From an uncultured Gammaproteobacteria bacterium (GTDB taxonomy: Bacteria; Patescibacteriota; Microgenomatia; Levybacterales; UBA12049): 50,867 bases of DNA. Position 1 is the stretch's first letter. Every line of letters starts with the position of its first letter. Both the position numbers and the translations under genes were made by a program. This document shows, piece after piece, positions 25,977 to 32,364 of the stretch. The stretch is from the NCBI GenBank assembly GCA_964646925.1, contig CAZYIC010000002.1, positions 1 through 50,867 on the forward strand. Reading direction: 5' to 3'. The notes under the pieces were generated by a model. That model saw nothing but the letters and a program-made list of their open reading frames with translations, was not told the origin of the DNA and searched no databases.

Positions 25977-28340
25977 ATGCAAAATTTTTTAATTGAAGAT
26001 TTTACGTCATTTGTTACAAGTTTGGCATTGCTCGCTGTTTTTCTAGCCATTCTGGGCGTAGGATCATTTTTTTTGGGAAAACTTTTAATAATCTGGTACA
26101 AAAATAGAGGAAGAGAAAAAACTTCACTCGAATCAGTTTTATTGCAAGTGGCTCTTCCGCGGGACAATGAAATAAAGATAGATACCGCAGAACAATTATT
26201 TTCAAGCTTATCAGCCATTGGTAAGGGAGGACTATTTAAACTTGCGCCCCATCTTTCTTTTGAAATTGTAGGAATGCCGGCAGATATCCGTTTTTATGTT
26301 CACGCCCCAAAAAACTTAAAAGATTTGATTGAAAAACAAATTAATGGCGCATATCCTGATGCGGAAATACAAATTGTAAGTACGAATAGCATTAAAAAAG
26401 AAGGTATGATAATAGGAAATGAATACAATATTTTTTCACGAGAGGGAAAAGTTGCTTTTACATCTCTTAGGCTTAAATCCGAGGATTACAAACCAATAAA
26501 AGTTTACAAAGATTTGCCTACGGATTCTCTTTCTTCTATTACATCTGTCTTGGCAAAAATGACAGAAGGAGAGGGAGCTGTTATTCAAGTATTGATTACT
26601 CCTGCCAATTCCTCTTGGAAGAAATACGGGAGAGCTTTTCTTGCTAAAACCAAAAAACTGGAGTCCAATCCTGAAACAGCTAAATATTCTGCGGATGCCA
26701 AGGAGCTGGAAGGAATTGAGAATAAAATTAGTAAGCCAGGGTTTGAAACCGTAATAAGAATTGTCGTATCTTCAACTTCCAAGGAATCTGCAGAAGCGCA
26801 TTTAGGCAATATTATGAGCGTATTCAGCCAATTCGAGAGTATCAATTCATTCAAGAAAAACAAGCACAGGCTTAAAGGCATGTTTATGAACGACTTTATT
26901 TACAGATATTTGCCGATGACAGGCAAATCATCGGTTTTAACCAGTGAAGAATTGGCAACTTTGTTCCATTTTCCGAATAAATCGGTTACAACACCGAACA
27001 TATTTTGGATAAATGCAAAAAGAGCTCCTGCTCCGGCAACTATTCCAACAGCCGGTCTCTATCTTGGAAAAAGCACTTACAGGGGATTGGCAAAACCTGT
27101 TTATATGGATTTGGATGATCGAAGAAGGCATATGTACATAATTGGTAAAACCGGTACCGGTAAATCAGAGTTCCTAAAGGATATGATCATGCAGGATGTA
27201 AAGTCAGGACAGGGATTGGCGGTAATTGATCCTCATGGAGATTTAATTGATGATATTTTACCTCTAATTCCGCCAAAAAGAGCAGAAGATGTTATTCTTT
27301 TTGATCCATCTGACACAGCTCGGCCAATGGGATTTAACATGTTAGAAGCTGAGACTGAAGAGCAGAAGCATTATGTTGTTTCATCTATTATTGGCCTTAT
27401 GTACAAGCTTTTTGATCCGAACAAAACAGGTATTATCGGACCTAGATTCGAACACGCAATCCGTAATGCAATGTTAACAGTTATGTATGAAAAAGGAAGT
27501 ACTTTTGTTGAAGTGGTACGTGTTTTGACAGATGCAAATTATGTGCAAGAACTTTTGCCAAAAGTCCAGGACCCGATCATCAGGCGTTACTGGACAGATC
27601 AGATTGCTCAGACTTCGGATTTCCATAAATCAGAAGTTTTGGATTATATTGTTTCCAAGTTCGGCAGGTTTGTTACCAATAAAATGATCAGAAATATTAT
27701 TGGTCAATCAGATAGCGCGTTTAATTTCAGAAAGGTAATGGACGAGCAAAAGATCTTACTTATCAATTTAGCGAAAGGAAAAATTGGAGAAGAAAATTCA
27801 CAATTCTTGGGTTTAATTTTAGTTCCAAAAATACTTGTTGCTGCAATGAGCAGACAAGATATGGCAAAGGATTTAAGAAAAGACTTCTTCTTGTACGTTG
27901 ATGAGTTCCAGAATTTTGCAACGCCTGACTTTGCCCAAATTCTGTCCGAAGCCCGAAAGTATAAGTTAAATTTAATAGTTGCGAATCAGTTTATTGGTCA
28001 AATGGAGGAAGAAGTTAAGAATGCTATCTTTGGAAACGTAGGAAGCCTTGTCTCATTTAGAGTAGGAGTTACGGATGCCAATTATTTACAGCACGAATTC
28101 CAGCCTGTATTTACCGAGGCAGATTTAATCAATGTGGAAAGATACAATACTTATGTTAAGACTATTGTCGGCGGAGAACCTGTTACTCCATTCTCTATGG
28201 ATTTAACCCGGGACTTGAACCGGGAAAAAGCATTGGCAAATCCTCGGGTGGCAGAATTGGTACGCGAATTATCACGTCTCAAGTTTGGAAGAGATGCAGC
28301 AGCAATAGAAGCAGTAATCGCCCAACGCGCTCGTTTGTAG
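25977..28340 (+). CDS. membrane-anchored VirD4/TraD-like (TrwB_AAD_bind-type) P-loop ATPase
   Basis: 787 aa with an N-terminal TM segment, Walker A IIGKTGTGKSEF, VIDPHGDL, Walker B FFLYVDEFQNFA and LIVANQ. Confidence 0.55.
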   Translation: MQNFLIEDFTSFVTSLALLAVFLAILGVGSFFLGKLLIIWYKNRGREKTSLESVLLQVALPRDNEIKIDTAEQLFSSLSAIGKGGLFKLAPHLSFEIVGMPADIRFYVHAPKNLKDLIEKQINGAYPDAEIQIVSTNSIKKEGMIIGNEYNIFSREGKVAFTSLRLKSEDYKPIKVYKDLPTDSLSSITSVLAKMTEGEGAVIQVLITPANSSWKKYGRAFLAKTKKLESNPETAKYSADAKELEGIENKISKPGFETVIRIVVSSTSKESAEAHLGNIMSVFSQFESINSFKKNKHRLKGMFMNDFIYRYLPMTGKSSVLTSEELATLFHFPNKSVTTPNIFWINAKRAPAPATIPTAGLYLGKSTYRGLAKPVYMDLDDRRRHMYIIGKTGTGKSEFLKDMIMQDVKSGQGLAVIDPHGDLIDDILPLIPPKRAEDVILFDPSDTARPMGFNMLEAETEEQKHYVVSSIIGLMYKLFDPNKTGIIGPRFEHAIRNAMLTVMYEKGSTFVEVVRVLTDANYVQELLPKVQDPIIRRYWTDQIAQTSDFHKSEVLDYIVSKFGRFVTNKMIRNIIGQSDSAFNFRKVMDEQKILLINLAKGKIGEENSQFLGLILVPKILVAAMSRQDMAKDLRKDFFLYVDEFQNFATPDFAQILSEARKYKLNLIVANQFIGQMEEEVKNAIFGNVGSLVSFRVGVTDANYLQHEFQPVFTEADLINVERYNTYVKTIVGGEPVTPFSMDLTRDLNREKALANPRVAELVRELSRLKFGRDAAAIEAVIAQRARL

Positions 28341-28387
28341 GAGTATCACGGGGAGAAAAAGGTATCACGGGTACCACAGGGAGAAGA
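28339..28387. repeat. left arm of the inverted repeat bracketing the four-helix-bundle gene
   Basis: Three GTAYCACRGGG units (gtatcacgggg, gtatcacgggt, gtaccacaggg), mirrored at 28760-28803. Confidence 0.75.
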
Positions 28388-28393
28388 GATTAA

Positions 28394-28759
28394 ATGTTTG
28401 ATAAAAGCAATAAGGGCTACCATAAATTAATTCTTTGGCAAAAATTAAGAGAACTGTTGAGCCTAACTTATAAACTTACTAAAAAACTTCCTAGATCAGA
28501 GGAATTTGCTTTAATTCCACAAATGCGCAGAGCCATGGTTTCTGTAATTTCAAATTTTGTTGAGGGATATCTAAAAAGGAGTATTAAGGATAAAAATCGT
28601 TTCATGGAAATTGCTGAAACTTCTTTGATGGAGCTAGAAGCGCAAAGTGAAGTTTGTTTGATGTTGGAATATTGGACTAATTATGATTATGAAGTCTTTG
28701 ATAAGAAAAGATCCGGAGTTGGTTATTTCCTTTATCGTTACAAACTTAGTCTGAAGTAA
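28394..28759 (+). CDS. four-helix-bundle protein (23S rRNA intervening-sequence protein family)
   Basis: 121 aa with YHKLILWQKLRELLSLTYKLTKKLPRSEEFALIPQMRRAMVSVISNFVEGY. Confidence 0.75.
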   Translation: MFDKSNKGYHKLILWQKLRELLSLTYKLTKKLPRSEEFALIPQMRRAMVSVISNFVEGYLKRSIKDKNRFMEIAETSLMELEAQSEVCLMLEYWTNYDYEVFDKKRSGVGYFLYRYKLSLK

Positions 28760-28803
28760 CTCCTCGTGACACCCGTGGTACTCTTTTGCCCTGTGGTACT
28801 TCC
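28760..28803. repeat. right arm of the inverted repeat bracketing the four-helix-bundle gene
   Basis: cctcgtgac, cccgtggtac and ccctgtggtac are reverse complements of the left-arm units. Confidence 0.75.
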
Positions 28804-28808
28804 TTCAT

Positions 28809-28986
28809 TGGTAGGCCCAGGGGGAATCGAACCCGCATCAGGTGTGCACCTACCCGCCGCGCCTGTGCGTCCGCTTGGATTTGGACCAAGGACATCTACT
28901 TTATAAGAGTAGCGCTCTACCACTGAGCTACGGACGCGCTTTGGCAGGCGGGTAAGACACCCGCTTTACCATTAAGCTATGGGTCT
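28809..28986 (-). tRNA. interrupted tRNA (possible anticodon UAC) whose two halves flank another tRNA
   Basis: 5' half: AGACCCA-TA-GCTT-AATGGTA-AAGC-G-GGTGT-CTTAC... 3' half: ...ACACC-TGAT-GCGGG-TTCGATT-CCCCC-TGGGCCT-A-CCA. The D and anticodon stems are perfect. The acceptor stem pairs at 6/7 and the T stem at 4/5. Confidence 0.4.
28866..28937 (-). tRNA. tRNA-Ile(UAU)-like
   Basis: 72-nt cloverleaf: GCGTCCG-TA-GCTC-AGTGGTA-GAGC-G-CTACT-CTTATAA-AGTAG-ATGTC-CTTGG-TCCAAAT-CCAAG-CGGACGC-A. All stems are perfect. The T-loop has C at position 55. No encoded CCA. Confidence 0.7.
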
Positions 28987-29063
28987 TCAAGCATCAATTT
29001 TAACAGAAGGTGGAGAAAGAGACAAGTTAAAAAGAGATTTTGGTTTTTGATATAATCTATCCA

Positions 29064-29765
29064 ATGAAAAACAAAGTTATCCTTGCTGTTGGGGCGCATC
29101 CGGATGACATGGATTTCGGAGTGTCGGGAAGTATTGCCAAATGGGTCAAAGAGGGTGCAACAGCATATTATTTAATTTGTACAGACGGAAGCAGGGGTTC
29201 TGAAGACCCTAAAATGACGCACAAGCGTTTGGCGGAAATAAGAAAAAAAGAGCAGATTGATGCGGCAAAAGTTTTGGGAGTTAAAAAAGTTTTCTTTTTA
29301 AATCACACCGACACACAGCTTGTTTGCGATCTTACCCTGAAAGAAGAAATAGTAAGAATTATTCGAACAGTAAAACCGAACATTGTTGTCACAATGGATC
29401 CGACTTTTTATTTTTCAAAGGATCGGGGTTTTGTCAATCATACGGATCACCGGGCTGCAGCATTAGCAGCCATGGATGCTGTATTTCCTTTGTCCCGGGA
29501 CAGGCTGACTTTTCCGGAGCATGAAAAACAAGGACTAAAGCCGCATAAAGTTGAAGAACTTTTATTTATTTCTTTTTACAAAAAAGATTTTATTGTGGAT
29601 ATTTCAGAGACTTTCGACAAAAAGATTAAAGCTTTGGCAATGCACGCAAGCCAATTCGCAGATTTTCCCGCAGTTGAAAAAAGAGTAAGGGCAAGAGCAA
29701 AGAATTTAGGAAGATCTAGGGGTTATAAATTCGCGGAAAACTTCGTGAGAATAAAGCTCGTCTAG
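29064..29765 (+). CDS. PIG-L/LmbE family deacetylase
   Basis: VILAVGAHPDDMDFG and HTDHRAAA motifs. Start taken as ATG 29064. Confidence 0.75.
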   Translation: MKNKVILAVGAHPDDMDFGVSGSIAKWVKEGATAYYLICTDGSRGSEDPKMTHKRLAEIRKKEQIDAAKVLGVKKVFFLNHTDTQLVCDLTLKEEIVRIIRTVKPNIVVTMDPTFYFSKDRGFVNHTDHRAAALAAMDAVFPLSRDRLTFPEHEKQGLKPHKVEELLFISFYKKDFIVDISETFDKKIKALAMHASQFADFPAVEKRVRARAKNLGRSRGYKFAENFVRIKLV

Positions 29766-30637
29766 AGTTCGGTGAGGATGCCGTTTTCTTTGGCTCTTTC
29801 TTTTACGTATTCCAAATATCTTTCGGTTGTGGAAAGTCTTTTGTGCCCTAAAACCTTAGAAATAATTGTAAGCGATAGGCCATGCTTTAGGTGATGGGCA
29901 ACAAAGGTATGGCGAAGGTCATTGACTTTTGCATTTTTTATTTCAGCGAGTCTAAAATATCTTTCAACTGCAGTTCTAATATTCCTTATTAAAAATGGTT
30001 TTCCCGATTTTGTTATAAATAAGTGTTCCGAATTTCCGCCAGCTGGCTGATGATTAGGTCTTACCTTCAAGTAGCTGTTCAGAGCTTCCTGAGCTCTTTT
30101 ATTTAAGGGAACTATTCTTTCTGCGTGTTTTTCCTGTGCAGCTATATGCAGTCCTTCCTTTTGGATGTCTGAGATTTTAAGATTTGCCAATTCTCCAATT
30201 CTAATTCCTGTCTGAAGTAAAAGTTCGATAATGGCAAACATTCTCATATCATTCCTTGCTGCGTCCCTTAAAGCTCGATACTCCGTAGGAGTCAAAATTC
30301 GAGGAGCTGCCAGTTGATATCTCGGATGCGCAACCAGAAGAGACGGATCATCCGTAATATATTCATTTATTTTCAAAAATCTATAAAAAGTTCGCGTAGA
30401 ATTAAGCTTTCTTGAGATTGATTTTGGAGTATATCCGTTTTTGGACATTTTTGCCAAGAAAGACTCCAAATCATTCTTTGTTGCATCGTGAATGTGATTT
30501 TTGGACAAATCTTCCAAAAATTTAACTAACTGTTCGATATCTTTACTGTATGCTACAATAGTTGAAGCCGAATGCCTATTTTCACTTAAATATTTTTTAA
30601 ATTCCCGATGCGCATCCCTGATATTTATTGCTTTCAT
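29762..30637 (-). CDS. tyrosine site-specific recombinase, XerC/XerD-like
   Basis: 291 aa with an N-terminal SAM-like domain and a C-terminal RHTFVAHHL...LGHKRLSTTERYLEY (the catalytic R..H..R..Y pattern). Confidence 0.8.
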   Translation of the reverse strand: MKAINIRDAHREFKKYLSENRHSASTIVAYSKDIEQLVKFLEDLSKNHIHDATKNDLESFLAKMSKNGYTPKSISRKLNSTRTFYRFLKINEYITDDPSLLVAHPRYQLAAPRILTPTEYRALRDAARNDMRMFAIIELLLQTGIRIGELANLKISDIQKEGLHIAAQEKHAERIVPLNKRAQEALNSYLKVRPNHQPAGGNSEHLFITKSGKPFLIRNIRTAVERYFRLAEIKNAKVNDLRHTFVAHHLKHGLSLTIISKVLGHKRLSTTERYLEYVKERAKENGILTEL

Positions 30638-30655
30638 ATTTCGATTTCACTCAAT

Positions 30656-30682
30656 ATGATCCTGAGTTTATCGAAGGATCAT
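30656..30682. repeat. short palindromic element (ATGATCCT-N11-AGGATCAT)
   Basis: atgatcctgagtttatcgaaggatcat, located between the xer and ftsB-like genes. Confidence 0.6.
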
Positions 30683-30741
30683 AGTCTCTGATTTAAATTT
30701 TAGATAGCCTATAATATCAACTATATTGATATAAGTCAAGA

Positions 30742-31074
30742 ATGAGAAAAATTTTATTTGTCGTAATTGTAGTCATACTTCTTGTCATTATCAATGATCT
30801 TGCGCGTTCGATATATGATATTTGGCAGAAAAAAGATTTTGTAACTCAAGCAGAGAAAGAACTGAGTTTGCAAAAAGAGAAGAATAACAAGTTGAAATCA
30901 GAACTTTCTTATGTACAAACCACAGAATTTATAGAAAAAGAGGCCCGTGACAAACTTTTCATGGTTAAAAAAGGTGAGCAAAAGGTCCTGATCCCGAAGG
31001 AATTTGAAAATGCTTCAGGGATAAAAAAGGATAGTGATCCGAATTGGAGGCAATGGTGGAATCTATTTTTCTAG
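30742..31074 (+). CDS. ftsB: septum formation initiator (FtsB/DivIC-like)
   Basis: 110 aa with an N-terminal TM segment, a coiled coil and IEKEARDKLFMVKKGE. Confidence 0.6.
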   Translation: MRKILFVVIVVILLVIINDLARSIYDIWQKKDFVTQAEKELSLQKEKNNKLKSELSYVQTTEFIEKEARDKLFMVKKGEQKVLIPKEFENASGIKKDSDPNWRQWWNLFF

Positions 31075-31323
31075 AAAATCTTTTAACATCATTCGAAGAG
31101 TAGTTTTACCTTTTGTAGTCTTGAAGTATTTCTCCCTTCTTTTTGCATCTTTCTCACTTCTGTAAGCTTCATAAAATATTAGATCAAGCGGAGCATAAGC
31201 TTTTGTTGAGAGTTCTTCACGATTATTATGTTCGAAAAATCTTTTTTTAAGATTATGGGTAAAACCCACGTAGATAAAGTTCTTTGGTTTGCTCTGGAGG
31301 ACATAAACGTAGAAGAATTGCAT
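31063..31323 (-). CDS. GIY-YIG nuclease family protein
   Basis: 86 aa with FYVYVLQSKPKNFIYVGFTHNLKKRFFEHN. Confidence 0.75.
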   Translation of the reverse strand: MQFFYVYVLQSKPKNFIYVGFTHNLKKRFFEHNNREELSTKAYAPLDLIFYEAYRSEKDAKRREKYFKTTKGKTTLRMMLKDFLEK

Positions 31324-31430
31324 GAATAAAAATATTTGGGACGCACCAGTCGGTGCATCCCTGCCTCACACTCGCTACTTTTAAAATTGCTGCGCAGCGA
31401 TGAACCCGAGCGTAGCGAGTGGTTCGTTGT

Positions 31431-31497
31431 TGCGGGGTCGGGAGTTGCGCCCGACCTGTGAGATTATGAGCCTCACGTGCACTGTACACTACCCCGC
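31431..31497 (-). tRNA. tRNA-like element with CAU anticodon loop and non-canonical D and T arms
   Basis: GCGGGGT-A-GTG-TACAGTG-CAC-G-TGAGG-CTCATAA-TCTCA-CAGGT-CGGG-CGCAACT-CCCG-ACCCCGC-A. The acceptor (7 bp) and anticodon stems are good. The D arm has only 3 bp and lacks GG. The T-loop lacks TTC. Confidence 0.35.
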
Positions 31498-31612
31498 GCG
31501 TGAAACTATACTAACAAAACAAGATCAATTAGTCAACAAAAATTAGATGTTGACAAATTAATAAAACCTACAGTATAGTATTAGTACTATACTATATTGC
31601 TAGTTCATTTTT

Positions 31613-32296
31613 ATGGCAAAATCTTTACTTAGATTAGAAGCTCGCAAATTGCGTAAAAAAGGAGTAAGCGTTAAAAAAATAGCACAATACCTAAAAGTTG
31701 CAAAAAGTTCAGCGAGCATTTGGACAAGAGATATTATTTTAACTGTAGAGCAATTGGAAAACCTGAGAAAATCTAGCTTAGAGGGCTCAGCGCGTGGACG
31801 TTTTAAAAATGCCTTACTTCAAAAAGAAAAGTGGATAAAAAAAATGGAAGAATTTAAAAAATTAGGAATTGCCAGCATGGGCAAATTAACTGATAGAGAA
31901 TTCTTAATTGCAGGACTTGCGCTGTATTGGGGTGAAGGATATAAGAAAGGAAGAAGGTTGCAGTTTTGCAACTCAGATCCAAAAATGATTAAATTTTTGT
32001 TACTTTGGCTGCAAAAATGTTTTGATATCAGCAGTTTAGATATACGATGTCGAATAGGAATAAATTACATACATGCCAAGCGAGAAAATATAGTTAGGGA
32101 ATATTGGGTAGAAATTACAAGAATTCCACTGTGTCAATTCACGAGGACAAGCTTTAAGAAAATAGAAAACAAGAAGATATACGCTAATTTCAACAATTAT
32201 TATGGTACTTTATCTGTGGAAGTTTCGCGGCCTTCGCGCTTTTATGGTAAAATCATAGGGCTTATTGATGGATTATCCGTAAGTATGCCAACGTAG
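31613..32296 (+). CDS. HTH plus LAGLIDADG-like endonuclease-family protein
   Basis: 227 aa with an N-terminal HTH (VSVKKIAQYLKVAKSSASIWTRD) and the single motif FLIAGLALYWGEGYK, which resembles LAGLIDADG. Its 3' end overlaps the tRNA by 10 nt. Confidence 0.4.
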   Translation: MAKSLLRLEARKLRKKGVSVKKIAQYLKVAKSSASIWTRDIILTVEQLENLRKSSLEGSARGRFKNALLQKEKWIKKMEEFKKLGIASMGKLTDREFLIAGLALYWGEGYKKGRRLQFCNSDPKMIKFLLLWLQKCFDISSLDIRCRIGINYIHAKRENIVREYWVEITRIPLCQFTRTSFKKIENKKIYANFNNYYGTLSVEVSRPSRFYGKIIGLIDGLSVSMPT

Positions 32297-32358
32297 CTCA
32301 GTGGTAGAGCAATCGTTTCATAAGCGATCGATCGTCGGTTCGAATCCGACCGTTGGTA
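32287..32358 (+). tRNA. tRNA with CAU anticodon (Met, or Ile2 if lysidinylated)
   Basis: GCCAACG-TA-GCTC-AGTGGTA-GAGC-A-ATCGT-TTCATAA-GCGAT-CGATC-GTCGG-TTCGAAT-CCGAC-CGTTGGT-A. Canonical cloverleaf with a G1-U72 wobble. Confidence 0.85.
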
Positions 32359-32364
32359 CTTTTT

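Noticed and set aside
28738-28923. 61-aa and 78-aa minus-strand ORFs (28738-28923 and 31253-31489) in the GC-rich patches.
   Set aside because: They overlap tRNA or tRNA-like genes. GC-rich structural RNA commonly yields spurious open frames in an AT-rich genome.
28838-28957. The insert in the split tRNA, considered as a group I or archaeal-type intron.
   Set aside because: At about 115 nt it is too short for a group I core. I could not draw a clean bulge-helix-bulge motif at position 37/38. It is reported instead as a nested tRNA or element insertion of unresolved mechanism.
29762-30637. Tyrosine recombinase near tRNA genes, considered as the integrase of an integrated element.
   Set aside because: I found no direct repeat of a tRNA 3' end or other att-like duplication nearby. 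The neighbouring genes (PIG-L deacetylase, ftsB) are housekeeping. It is more likely the chromosomal Xer recombinase.
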